Source: Gammaproteobacteria bacterium (GTDB taxonomy: Bacteria > Pseudomonadota > Gammaproteobacteria > Eutrophobiales > Eutrophobiaceae). Taken from it: a stretch of DNA of 64,000 nucleotides. Below the pieces are notes generated by a model. It worked only from the letters and a program-made list of their open reading frames with translations. It did no database searches and was not told where the DNA came from. The DNA lies in assembly GCA_965222155.1 (NCBI GenBank), contig CBDCTH010000004.1:352001-416000 (forward strand), given 5' to 3'. A program made the translations under genes and the position numbers. Below, one piece after another: positions 10,825-20,262 of the stretch (positions are counted from its first letter, which is position 1; each line of letters starts with the position of its first letter).

Positions 10825-10921
10825 TATTGAATTTTGTACTTATCTCCTTGGTTTTAGTTATTGCTTTTGCGTGTTCGCACTTCCGTAATCAAACCAGAGA
10901 ACGTAATTTGTAGGATAAATA

Positions 10922-12169
10922 ATGCAGATTCCCAAACTTGACGACAGAGAATCTGAGATGCTGGCCGGGGGACTGGGTGCTGATAAACAACGAGCAATGA
11001 ACCTTTTAGTAGATTATGCCAAAGTGGTCGGAGCAAAAAAATTTGTTCCCATTGCTTCCGCCCACATTGATAGTTGCCTCTATCATGGACAATCCAGCAT
11101 AGATTTTATTGATAGATTTGTATCTCTTAAAGCCCGTGTCAGCGTGCCTACTACTCTTAATGTTGGTGCGGTGGATACGAAAAGTCCGGAATTAAATGTA
11201 GGTGATGAGGCTAGAATAGCAAGTCAACGTAAGTTAACGGAAAAATACACGAGAATAGGCTGTGTCCCCACACTTACATGTGCCCCATACCAGCGGCAAC
11301 AACGCCCAAAATTCGGTGAACATGTTGCCTGGGCTGAATCCAACGCGATCGTTTTTGCCAATTCAGTATTAGGAGCTCGAACGGAACGCTATGGAGATTT
11401 TGTTGATGTATGTGCGGCGATAACCGGCAGAGTCCCCCTAACAGGTTTACATTGCGATCAGAACCGTCTGGCATCAGTAGTGGTTGAAGTGGCAGAAATT
11501 CAGGAAGCGAAATTAGGTCGAGATATTTATTTTGGCTGCGTCGGTTATTGCCTTGGTAAGCATATTGGTTCCGCTATTTCCGTGATTATTGGAGTACCAA
11601 GCGATGCGAATGAGAATGAATTAAAATTACTGGGTGCTGCGGCAGCAACTTCTGGATCTGTAGCCTTGTTTCATATTGCTGGTATAACGCCGGAAGCACC
11701 GACTTTAGAACAGGTATTGCGCAGTTCTGACAGTAAAAACAAAAATCTCAACATTACAGCAGATGACTTACGGGCTGCCGCAAAAATGCTCTGTCCTGTT
11801 AAGCCAGGAGAGATCGTATCAGCAATTTGTCTGGGGACGCCCCATTTCTCAGTATCAGAATTTCAACACCTGACTGCTTTAGTCAAAGGCAAAAGGGCAG
11901 TAGTTGAAGTATATATTTCTACCTCACGAGAAATAGCCGCGCAAATTAAAGCTCAAAACTGGTATCAAAACCTGGTGGATTTTGGCGCATGTATTGTAGT
12001 AGATACATGTACTTATCTTGCACCAGTAGTGCGTGATTGCAGGGGTGTCATACTTACCAATTCCGTTAAATGGGCGCACTACGGCCCGGGCAATCTAAAG
12101 CGACGGGCCGGATTGATGTCAATTGAAGACTGCATTCGTTCAGCAGAATCAGGATTTGTCTGTGATTAG
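10922..12169 (+). CDS. Aconitase X catalytic (large) subunit; cis-3-hydroxy-L-proline dehydratase-like
   Basis: TCAPY, AWAESNAIVFANSVLGARTERY, GITPEA, LGTPH, DTC, TNSVKWAHY. Confidence 0.88.
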   Translation: MQIPKLDDRESEMLAGGLGADKQRAMNLLVDYAKVVGAKKFVPIASAHIDSCLYHGQSSIDFIDRFVSLKARVSVPTTLNVGAVDTKSPELNVGDEARIASQRKLTEKYTRIGCVPTLTCAPYQRQQRPKFGEHVAWAESNAIVFANSVLGARTERYGDFVDVCAAITGRVPLTGLHCDQNRLASVVVEVAEIQEAKLGRDIYFGCVGYCLGKHIGSAISVIIGVPSDANENELKLLGAAAATSGSVALFHIAGITPEAPTLEQVLRSSDSKNKNLNITADDLRAAAKMLCPVKPGEIVSAICLGTPHFSVSEFQHLTALVKGKRAVVEVYISTSREIAAQIKAQNWYQNLVDFGACIVVDTCTYLAPVVRDCRGVILTNSVKWAHYGPGNLKRRAGLMSIEDCIRSAESGFVCD

Positions 12170-12254
12170 TTGTTCAAGAATATATGTAATCAATTAGAAA
12201 AAAAGAGTATTTGAATTTAAATGGTTGGAATTATCGTACGGTCGAGATTACAAA

Positions 12255-12731
12255 ATGTCTAATGGTATGGATTCGCAAAACGTTACTCATGATACTTTTG
12301 ACGCTGACCATATTATTATAGGTGACACAATTCACCACGGCACCGCCCAAGGTGACATATTACTGTTAAATGAACCACTGAGTTTCTGGGGAGGGATCGA
12401 ATTAGAGAGTGGAGAAATTTGTGACACATCCCACCCGCAGCACGGTTTGAATATTAAGGACCGTATTCTTGTTATGGTGTCCGGCCGAGGATCTTCGTCA
12501 TCTTCCAGTGCATTAGTTGAGAGTGTATATAGACGTACAGCGCCTTGTGCAATCGTAATGCAATGCATTGACAGCATACTCGCAATAGGTGCGTTCGTAG
12601 CAGCAGATTTGTACAACATAAAGATTCCTGTTGTTACCGTCAGCGCGCAGGAATGGTTAAAACTAGCGAACAGTAAATTTCTCTCTATTGAAGCGACAGA
12701 TGAATGTGCTCACATACGAATAACGCCGTGA
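12255..12731 (+). CDS. Aconitase X swivel (small) subunit, DUF126
   Basis: PLSFWGG, HPQHG and GRGSSSSS motifs. Confidence 0.85.
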   Translation: MSNGMDSQNVTHDTFDADHIIIGDTIHHGTAQGDILLLNEPLSFWGGIELESGEICDTSHPQHGLNIKDRILVMVSGRGSSSSSSALVESVYRRTAPCAIVMQCIDSILAIGAFVAADLYNIKIPVVTVSAQEWLKLANSKFLSIEATDECAHIRITP

Positions 12732-12902
12732 AAACTGGGACACAGATATGACGGAATAGGCTAGGGAGGTATTCTAAATCCGAGGATACAGGCGCTACGC
12801 CCGCTTCGAGTTTCGTCGTTCAGTCTGGCTTCAACCACAAGTGAAACGGAAGGGTCAACAGCTACCCTGCCGGCGTTACTTGATTGTCAATCGGAGATTT
12901 TA

Positions 12903-13024
12903 AATTGTACTATTACACCTACAACGAAGTGATAAAATCAGTTTTTCATTTTGTGTAAGCGAATATAAGAGTTGTGCGAAGTGATTCAGTTAATAATACG
13001 GATGTCACTAAACCATTCAACATC
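12903..13024 (+). other. Putative attR-type junction 1 (non-thyA leader plus core GATGTCACTAAACCATTCAACATC)
   Basis: Colinear homology with 14262-14383; GATGT...ACATC inverted arms at the point where thyA homology starts. Confidence 0.55.
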
Positions 13025-13285
13025 GCCTCCTATTCCCTGCTGACCCTGATGATTGCCCAGGTCACCGGTCTTGCGCCGGGCGAGTTCGTGCATACGCTGG
13101 GAGATGCGCACCTGTATATGAACCACCTGGAGCAGGCGGACGTGCAGTTGACCAGAGATCCCCTGCCGCCGCCGCAGATGAAGATCAATCCCGAGGTAAA
13201 AAGTATTTTTGATTTCCGCTACGACGATTTTGAGCTAATCGAATACCAGGCGCATTCGTCCATCCCCGCACTTATCGCCGTTTAA
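13013..13285 (+). pseudogene. thyA: thyA 3' fragment (copy 1)
   Basis: [11 protein letters not shown]...GDAHLYMNH...IAV*; N-terminal two thirds absent. Confidence 0.9.
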
Positions 13286-13402
13286 ATGATCATTTCGCTT
13301 ATAATTGCCATGGACCGCCAGGACCACTCGGCAGACGCGCACAACGAATATCCCTACAGCTTCTTGGTACTGGCAAGAAACAAAAAGGATGCTCACCGAT
13401 AA
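13286..13402 (+). pseudogene. folA: Internally deleted folA remnant (38 aa)
   Basis: MIISLIIAMDR fused to QDHSADAHNEYPYSFLVLAR, matching the N- and C-termini of intact FolA at 16365-16868. Confidence 0.85.
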
Positions 13403-13477
13403 ATTGACTATCTATAAAAGATGACGATATAAAACAAACCCGCTATACTCAAAGTCAACAATCCGGATAGATTTGTT

Positions 13478-13672
13478 ATGGGTAAAAAAATAAAAAATTG
13501 GTTGCGAGGCGCGTCATCCACTCTTGAACTGTGGCCGGATACCTCTTCGAGGATGAAGGAGGAATTTCTGCGCCGCTCCGATTCAGAAGCGTTGTCCCGT
13601 GATTGGCAACGCATCGGCAACGATATAAAAACCGCTATAGGGAAATACGAACATGGGAAGACCGCGACATAG
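13478..13672 (+). CDS. Small hypothetical protein overlapping the DUF2335 gene
   Basis: 64-aa ORF with SDSEALSRDWQRIGNDI; overlaps next start. Confidence 0.55.
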   Translation: MGKKIKNWLRGASSTLELWPDTSSRMKEEFLRRSDSEALSRDWQRIGNDIKTAIGKYEHGKTAT

Positions 13673-14090
13673 CTCTCAGCGTAAAGCGCCTGTCAAAAAA
13701 CAACAGCTACCTACGCAACAACAAACCAGTCAACAAGTCGTTCAAGTTACGGAACAATTCAGTGGTCCCCTTCCTCCCCCGAACGTGCTCGAACGATATA
13801 ATCAGGTAGTGCCCGACGCTGCAAACCGTATCATTGCGGTGGCTGAGCAGGAAACAGGCCATCGCCGTAATATGGAGCGATTAATTATTTCTAACGAATA
13901 CCAGGAAGCAAAAATGGGACAGACCTGTGCGGTAATCATCGGTTCTTTGGCGATTATTTCCAGAGCGACCATATCAGTGCTGGGCGCACAGTTGGCAGGG
14001 GCGGCAATAGGAGGATGCGGCGTGATTGGCCTTGTTTCAGTATTTGTTCTCGGCAGAAAAGGTGATTTGCGACGTCAACAGGATAAGTAG
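13653..14090 (+). CDS. DUF2335-like membrane protein
   Basis: FSGPLPPPNVLERYNQVVPDAANRII motif plus two C-terminal TM helices. Confidence 0.8.
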   Translation: MGRPRHSSQRKAPVKKQQLPTQQQTSQQVVQVTEQFSGPLPPPNVLERYNQVVPDAANRIIAVAEQETGHRRNMERLIISNEYQEAKMGQTCAVIIGSLAIISRATISVLGAQLAGAAIGGCGVIGLVSVFVLGRKGDLRRQQDK

Positions 14091-14261
14091 AAATGGTGGG
14101 TATTTATCATTAATGAGAGCTGAATTTACAACCTTTTCCCCGCCGAACTAAAAAGTTTTCATCCCAGCCTTGCAGGCTACAGTTCTGTGGTGAGAAACGG
14201 GGACTGTTAATCTGATTTACTCTATCAGACGGAAGTCTTAGTTACTTATTTCCATATTTGT

Positions 14262-14383
14262 AATCGTACTATCCTGTCTCCAGTGAGGTGATAAAATCAA
14301 CTCCTCATTTTGTGAAAGCGAATATCAGAATTGCGCGAAGTGATTTGGCTACATTTATGGATGTCACTAAACCGTTCAACATC
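14262..14383 (+). other. Putative attR-type junction 2
   Basis: Same leader and core (GATGTCACTAAACCGTTCAACATC) as 12903-13024. Confidence 0.55.
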
Positions 14384-14644
14384 ACCTCCTATTCCCTGCT
14401 CACCCTGATGATAGCCCGGGTGACCGGTCTTGCGCCGGGTGAATTCGTCCATACGCTGGGAGACATGCACCTGTATATGAACCACCTGGAGCAGGCAGAT
14501 GAGCAGCTGAAAAGAGACCCCCTGCCACCACCGCAGATGAAGATCAATCCAGACGTTAACGATATATTTGACTTCCGTTACGAAGATTTCGAGCTGGTCG
14601 ATTACCAGGCGCACCCGTCCATAGCCGCCCCCATTGCCGTTTGA
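14372..14644 (+). pseudogene. thyA: thyA 3' fragment (copy 2)
   Basis: [11 protein letters not shown]...GDMHLYMNH...APIAV*; same start point and length (273 bp) as copy 1. Confidence 0.9.
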
Positions 14645-14739
14645 TCAGCGCCAGCGCTGCCAGGACATCTTTTGTTCCGGCTATAGCGCGTGAAATACTT
14701 TGACAATATCCCGGTTTGGAATTAATTTGTAATATGTAA

Positions 14740-14764
14740 AGACCATAAAATGGGTAAATGGTCT
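14740..14764. promoter_or_regulatory. Inverted repeat operator candidate upstream of hipB-like gene
   Basis: AGACCAT-N11-ATGGTCT just upstream of ATG 14782; TTGACA at ~14700. Confidence 0.45.
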
Positions 14765-14781
14765 ATATATAAATCAATATA

Positions 14782-15120
14782 ATGTCAAAATCAGTCACAC
14801 ACAGCTATTCACGTTACAGTCGCGCGGCAGTCAGTCTCCTGGGCAAACTGATTCGCGCCGCACGCAAGCAACGCAAACTCACCGCCCAGGAAACAGCGGA
14901 CCGGGCCGGCATTTCCAGGGGGCTGCTGCAACGTATTGAGAGAGGTGACCCGAAATGCGGGATCGGTGCAGTGTTTGAAGTTGCCACTGTCGTTGACGTG
15001 AAACTGTTTGACGCTGATGAAACCGTGCTTGCCCGTCATATTCAGCAAACGGAAAACCACCTGGCGCTCCTCCCCAAGTCAGTGCGCAGGTCCCCACGGA
15101 CGGTAGATGATGATTTCTAG
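14782..15120 (+). CDS. XRE-family HTH protein, HipB-like antitoxin
   Basis: RKLTAQETADRAGISRGLLQRIERG HTH; overlaps the HipA gene. Confidence 0.85.
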   Translation: MSKSVTHSYSRYSRAAVSLLGKLIRAARKQRKLTAQETADRAGISRGLLQRIERGDPKCGIGAVFEVATVVDVKLFDADETVLARHIQQTENHLALLPKSVRRSPRTVDDDF

Positions 15121-16357
15121 AGAGGCCTTTGTCTGGATATGGCTGCCCGATCAAACAGAGCCTGTTGTTGCGGGCAGGCTCGAAGCTGACAACGACCTGG
15201 TTCTATTCAACTACGGGCGAAGTTATCTTGAGCGGATCAACGATTCAATGCCTGCTATCCCCATCTATGATCCGGAATTACCGTTAAGGGCCGGCGAGTT
15301 GCCCCTCACCAATGGCTTGAGTATGCCTGGTTGTATTCGTGACGCCTCGCCCGATGCATGGGGTCGGCGGGTGATTATTAATAAAAAACTGGGGCTGAAG
15401 GCTGAGGGGACGGATACGGGCGAACTGGATGAACTGACTTATCTTCTGGAATCCGGTTCTGACCGTGCCGGGGCGTTGGATTTTCAACAATCGCCTTCTG
15501 AATATGTGCCTCGTTCTGCAGGCAACGTGGAATTGGAAGAGTTGCTTCAATCTGCCGAGCGTGTAGAGCAAGGCATACCGCTGACGCCGGAACTGGACCT
15601 GGCGCTACTGCACGGCAGTTCAATTGGTGGCGCACGCCCCAAGGCATTGATCGAAGACAGGGGTGTAAAATACATCGCAAAGTTCTCATCCGGCAGTGAT
15701 CTTTACAACGTGATCAAAGCGGAATTTATCGCGATGAAACTCGCCGCTCTCGCGGGGATCAATGTGGCACCGGTGAAACTGGCAAGTGCAGCCGGTAAGG
15801 GTGTACTGCTGGTCAAGCGCTTTGACCGGAATTACTCCGGTGAAGGCTGGACACGTAAAGCAATGGTGTCAGCACTGACGCTGCTTGGTCTTGATGAGGT
15901 GATGGCGCGCTATGCCAGCTATGAGACCCTGGCCGAGATAATCCGCCATCGTTTCACCGATCCGAAGCAGACATTGAGAGAATTATTCTCGCGCCTGGTC
16001 TTTAACGTTCTGTGCGGCAATACGGATGATCATGCGCGTAACCACGCGGCATTCTGGGAGGGCAGGGAATTAACGCTCACGCCGGCTTATGATATCTGTC
16101 CGCAGGGTCGTACCGGCAATGAAGCCTCGCAGGCAATGCTGATATCGGAGAACAATAATTCCAGCCGGCTGACAACCTGCCTTGAGACTGCACACAACTA
16201 CCTGATAGCGGAAGCTGATGCGAGAGCCGTTATTGATAACCTGAAAGCGGCAATCGAAGAACACTGGGATGCAGTATGCGATGAAGCAAAGCTTGGTGAA
16301 ATCGATAAAAGATTACTCTGGGGCAGGCAATTCCTTAACCCCTATTCGATTACTTAA
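15107..16357 (+). CDS. hipA: HipA-family Ser/Thr kinase toxin
   Basis: GSSIGGARPK loop, NTDDHARN catalytic motif, PAYD. Confidence 0.9.
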   Translation: MMISREAFVWIWLPDQTEPVVAGRLEADNDLVLFNYGRSYLERINDSMPAIPIYDPELPLRAGELPLTNGLSMPGCIRDASPDAWGRRVIINKKLGLKAEGTDTGELDELTYLLESGSDRAGALDFQQSPSEYVPRSAGNVELEELLQSAERVEQGIPLTPELDLALLHGSSIGGARPKALIEDRGVKYIAKFSSGSDLYNVIKAEFIAMKLAALAGINVAPVKLASAAGKGVLLVKRFDRNYSGEGWTRKAMVSALTLLGLDEVMARYASYETLAEIIRHRFTDPKQTLRELFSRLVFNVLCGNTDDHARNHAAFWEGRELTLTPAYDICPQGRTGNEASQAMLISENNNSSRLTTCLETAHNYLIAEADARAVIDNLKAAIEEHWDAVCDEAKLGEIDKRLLWGRQFLNPYSIT

Positions 16358-16364
16358 GAACTCA

Positions 16365-16868
16365 ATGATCATTTCACTCATTGTCGCCATGGACCGCCGG
16401 GGCGTGATCGGCGCCGGCGGCGCCTTGCCCTGGCGCCTGTCCGGTGATTTGCGCCATTTCAAGGCGATCACCATGGGCAAACCCATTATCATGGGCAGGA
16501 AGACCCATGAATCCGTCGCCCGCCCGCTACCCGGACGGCAGAACATCGTTCTCACCCGGCAACCGGATTACACGGCGCCAGGCTGTGACGTTTTCCATGA
16601 CGCGGAAAGCGCACTGGCTGCCTGCGCCGGCCATGAGGAGGTCATGATCATGGGAGGAGCCGCGTTGTACGAACAGTTCCTGCCCCAGGCCATGCGTATC
16701 TACCTGACCCGGGTGGAGGCGGAAGTCAACGGCGATACCCGGTTCCCGCAGTTCGACGAGAGCGCCTGGAACGAGGTCGAACGCCGGGACCACCCGGCGG
16801 ACGAGCGCAACGAGTATCCCTACAGTTTGCTGCTCCTGGAAAGAAAGGGAATTTTGGGGTCAGAGTAA
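16365..16868 (+). CDS. folA: Dihydrofolate reductase
   Basis: LPWRLSGDLRHFK, IMGRKT, MGGA, GDTRFP; real start at MIISLIVAMD. Confidence 0.95.
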   Translation: MIISLIVAMDRRGVIGAGGALPWRLSGDLRHFKAITMGKPIIMGRKTHESVARPLPGRQNIVLTRQPDYTAPGCDVFHDAESALAACAGHEEVMIMGGAALYEQFLPQAMRIYLTRVEAEVNGDTRFPQFDESAWNEVERRDHPADERNEYPYSLLLLERKGILGSE

Positions 16869-16931
16869 AAATACGCAAGAACAAATCAACGCGTTTTGCC
16901 AACCAGACTGTATTTTTACTCTGACCCCAAA
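16853..16931. repeat. 22-bp perfect inverted repeat (TTTGGGGTCAGAGTAAAAATAC) between convergent folA and apaH
   Basis: Arms at 16853-16874 and 16910-16931. Confidence 0.85.
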
Positions 16932-16937
16932 TATCTG

Positions 16938-17759
16938 TCATCTCTGCCTTGACGGCGTCCTGAAATACGTTTCATCCTCCAGCCGCAGGGCGACCAGTTC
17001 GCCGCCCCAGACGCAGCCCATATCCAGGGGGTAGACGTTGAAGCGGCCGTAGTCCTGGCGGTAATCCCTGAGTGCGGCCCAGTGGCCGAACAGGATTTTG
17101 TCCGGCCGGCTTTTTCTGTCTGTCACCTCGAACCAGGGCAGCGCGGATTCTGCGCCGGGCGCGCCTTTCTCTTCCAGTTCCAGCACGCCGTCCCCGCTAC
17201 AGTAGCGGATACGCGTCAGGCAGTTGGTGATAAAACGCAGCCGCTCCCAGCCGTCCAGGTCGGCGGACCAGCGGGCCGGTTCGTTTCCGTACATATTGGC
17301 GAAGTAGTCTTTGTATTGCGGACCCCGTAATACCTGCTCCACTTCCTGCGCGTATTCCAGGGCCTGGTCAAGCCGCCACTGCGGCGGCAAGCCGGCGTGC
17401 AACAGCGTGAAGCCGGTTTGTTCATCGTGATGGATCAGGGGCAGGTGTCGTAACCAGTCCAGCAGCTCGGCGCAATCATCCGTCGCCAGTATCTCATCCA
17501 GGGTATCTGCGTCATGCTGGTACTGGGGCTGGCCGTTGCCGATCGCCAGCAAATGCAGTTCATGGTTGCCCAATACCGTGATGGCCGTATCCCCCAGGTC
17601 TTTGACAAAACGCAGACAGGCCAGTGATTGCGGGCCGCGGTTGACCAGGTCACCGGTAAACCAGAGCCGGTCACGACCGGGTTCGAACCGGACCTGCTCC
17701 AGCAGGTCCATCAGTTCATCGTAGCATCCCTGCAGGTCGCCAATGGCAAAGGTCGGCAT
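16938..17759 (-). CDS. apaH: Symmetrical bis(5'-nucleosyl)-tetraphosphatase
   Basis: IGDLQGC, GDLVNRG, LGNHE, FGHWAAL, DMGCVWG. Confidence 0.95.
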   Translation of the reverse strand: MPTFAIGDLQGCYDELMDLLEQVRFEPGRDRLWFTGDLVNRGPQSLACLRFVKDLGDTAITVLGNHELHLLAIGNGQPQYQHDADTLDEILATDDCAELLDWLRHLPLIHHDEQTGFTLLHAGLPPQWRLDQALEYAQEVEQVLRGPQYKDYFANMYGNEPARWSADLDGWERLRFITNCLTRIRYCSGDGVLELEEKGAPGAESALPWFEVTDRKSRPDKILFGHWAALRDYRQDYGRFNVYPLDMGCVWGGELVALRLEDETYFRTPSRQR

Positions 17760-17836
17760 CGATATGTGGTCAGAAGCGGTTGGATATCACCAAATCCTGC
17801 GTGATCATCGCATCCATTGGTAATGAGAAATCCGGG

Positions 17837-18220
17837 CTAATGCAGCGTGTGCGGTGTGGCCAGGTTAAAAATCGGGATTGGGGAAGCGAATTCAACGCCG
17901 TCTTCAGCCAGCATGTCGTAAGCGCCCTCCATGCAGCCCACCGGGGTCTCCAGAACGGCGCCACTGGTATATTGAAAAGTCTGGCCGGGAAGCAGGTGGG
18001 GCTGCTCGCCGACGACCCCGTCCCCATGGACTTCCTGTACCTTGTTATTCGCATCGGTGATGACCCAGTGCCGGCGCAGCAGGGTTGCGGATACGCTACC
18101 TGTATTGGTAATCGAAATGGTATAGGCAAATACAAACCGGTTGTCTTCAGGAAGAGATTGTTCCTGAATATAGGCGGTTTTTACCCTAACGGAAAATTCG
18201 TAACGTTCAGTGTCCATCAT
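17837..18220 (-). CDS. apaG: ApaG protein
   Basis: RHWVITD, GDGVVGEQP and YTSG motifs. Confidence 0.95.
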   Translation of the reverse strand: MMDTERYEFSVRVKTAYIQEQSLPEDNRFVFAYTISITNTGSVSATLLRRHWVITDANNKVQEVHGDGVVGEQPHLLPGQTFQYTSGAVLETPVGCMEGAYDMLAEDGVEFASPIPIFNLATPHTLH

Positions 18221-18292
18221 AATGTATTTTACCTTATTGCCTGGCGTCAAACATGTCAATAATTACGGCCATGGTTTCGGTCGGCTGTCCTT

Positions 18293-19804
18293 TCAAACCC
18301 CGCCGGAACTATTGCGATAGGAAATCGCTTCGCTCAGGTGTTGCGGCATGATGGCATCGGATTCTGCCAGATCTGCCACAGTTCTTGCCACGCGTAACAT
18401 GCGATACATGCCGCGCGTGGATAAATTCAGTTGTTTTACGGCCTTGTGCAACAATTCAGTCAGTTGCTGGTCGAGGCAGCAGTATATTCCCAGTTCCTCA
18501 TTTTTCAACAGGTGGTTCTGCTTGCCGGCGCGCGCCTGTTGCCGGCGATAAGCCCGGATAACCCTGTGCCGCACCTGCGCGCTGGTCTCCGGCCGTTCAT
18601 CCTGCAGCCTCTCCAGGATGTCCGGTGAGACGTTCGCTACTTCGATATGGACGTCCACCCGGTCCAGCAACGGACCGGACACCTTACCCCGATAACGCCT
18701 GATCTGTTCTGAACTGCACTGGCAGCGCCCGCTGCGGTCACCAAAATGGCCGCAGGGGCAGGGGTTCATGGCGCCGATAAATTGAAACCTGGCAGGGTAT
18801 TCGGTTTGTCTTGCAGCCCGGGAAATGCTTATTTTCCCCGCCTCCAGCGGTTCCCGCAGGGCTTCGAGGACGGCGCGGTTGAACTCCGGCAACTCATCCA
18901 GGAACAGGACGCCGTTGTGCGCCAGCGATATCTCTCCCGGGCGCGGCTGACTGCCGCCACCCACCAGGGCGACAGACGAGGCCGAGTGGTGCGGCGAGCG
19001 CACCGGGCGCTGCTTCCAATCTTCAATGTTGAATCCCTGGGCGCTGACGGAATGAATCGCCGCCGTGGCCATGGCTTCCTCCTCACTCATGGGCGGCAGG
19101 ATGCCGGGCAAGCGCTCAGCCAGCATCGTTTTACCGCTGCCGGGGGGACCGACCATCATCAGGTTGTGGCCTCCCGCCGCACAGGTTTCCAGGGCGCGTT
19201 TGGCAAAATGATGGGAATGGACATCAGACAGGTCCGGGTATGTTGGAGTATCCAGGGGCAAATTCTTACTGTTGCTGAAGCGCGGCAACGAGCCGGGACC
19301 ATTGAGATGGGTGCAAACAGACAGCAAATGACTTGCCGCTAACACCGTCAACTTATTGATAAGTCCGGCTTCTGCGGCATTTTGCTCGGGCAGTATCAAA
19401 GCCCGTCCGGTTTTGTTGATGGCGTACGCACTGGGCAGTACGCCGACGACTGGTCTTAATTCGCCGGTGAGGGCCAGTTCACCGATAAATTCGTAGTGTT
19501 GCAGAGAGCCCCCGGCAACCTGGCCGGAGGCCACCAGAATCCCGATCGCGATAGCCAAATCATACCTTCCTCCTTCTTTAGGTAAATCCGCAGGAGCCAG
19601 GTTGACGGTGATCCGCTTCAATGGAAACTCGAAATGATTGGTTAAAATGGCGCTCCTGACGCGCTCCCGGCTCTCTTTAACCGCTGTTTCGGGCAAACCG
19701 ACTATATGAAATGTGGGCAGGCCCCGTGACAGGTGTATTTCGACCGTAACCTGGATTGAATCGATCCCTGCCAGGGCGCGTGAATAAGTCTTTGCAATCT
19801 CCAT
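18293..19804 (-). CDS. comM: ComM/YifB Mg-chelatase-like AAA+ ATPase
   Basis: NLAPADLPKEG, GPPGSGKT, LAHNGVLFLDE, MNPCPCG. Confidence 0.92.
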   Translation of the reverse strand: MEIAKTYSRALAGIDSIQVTVEIHLSRGLPTFHIVGLPETAVKESRERVRSAILTNHFEFPLKRITVNLAPADLPKEGGRYDLAIAIGILVASGQVAGGSLQHYEFIGELALTGELRPVVGVLPSAYAINKTGRALILPEQNAAEAGLINKLTVLAASHLLSVCTHLNGPGSLPRFSNSKNLPLDTPTYPDLSDVHSHHFAKRALETCAAGGHNLMMVGPPGSGKTMLAERLPGILPPMSEEEAMATAAIHSVSAQGFNIEDWKQRPVRSPHHSASSVALVGGGSQPRPGEISLAHNGVLFLDELPEFNRAVLEALREPLEAGKISISRAARQTEYPARFQFIGAMNPCPCGHFGDRSGRCQCSSEQIRRYRGKVSGPLLDRVDVHIEVANVSPDILERLQDERPETSAQVRHRVIRAYRRQQARAGKQNHLLKNEELGIYCCLDQQLTELLHKAVKQLNLSTRGMYRMLRVARTVADLAESDAIMPQHLSEAISYRNSSGGV

Positions 19805-19934
19805 TTGCCATCCTCAATGTGAATTGCGGCATGTCCGGGCATGCCGTATTCGTTGTACCAGGTTGTTAACGGGCCGGGGAAAATAGCGCTGCAAACCGGC
19901 CGCAATAGTTCACTGTCTTCAGACCGGACCTATT

Positions 19935-20204
19935 TTAACCGTCCGCTTGTTTTTCTGAAAGTGCTTTTTCCAGGGAGGTGATTTTTTTCTCCAGTTCATC
20001 CATCGCCGCACGGGTATTACTCAGTAATTGCGACTGGATGTCGAACTCTTCCCGGGTGACCAGGTTCATCCTGGAAAATGTCGCGTTCAGGGAGGCGCGC
20101 ACGACCTTCTCGAAATCCTCCCGCGAGCGACTCAGGTCCCTGGGCAGGAGGCGCAAGAACTGCTGAATGAAGTCTTCAATTTCCTGTGCCTTAATCATAT
20201 TCAT
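19935..20204 (-). CDS. ubiK: Accessory factor UbiK (YqiC/BMFP family)
   Basis: LVTREEFDIQ motif plus coiled coil; usual comM/glnK neighbourhood. Confidence 0.85.
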   Translation of the reverse strand: MNMIKAQEIEDFIQQFLRLLPRDLSRSREDFEKVVRASLNATFSRMNLVTREEFDIQSQLLSNTRAAMDELEKKITSLEKALSEKQADG

Positions 20205-20262
20205 AATTGTCCGGTGGGCCGACCCCGTATCATAGACATTTCCCTGTACCGGGACAACTGCT

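Noticed and set aside
12974-14644. Functional short ThyA proteins or an intron-split thyA
   Set aside because: Both lack the catalytic Cys region and cover the same 3' segment; no 5' exon or intron structure seen in the window
16269-16364. N-terminal extension of FolA, and similar extensions in the ORF track for rsmA, pdxA, egtD, metG, rnfG, glnK and vapC
   Set aside because: They overlap upstream genes or run into repeat DNA; family homology starts at downstream start codons
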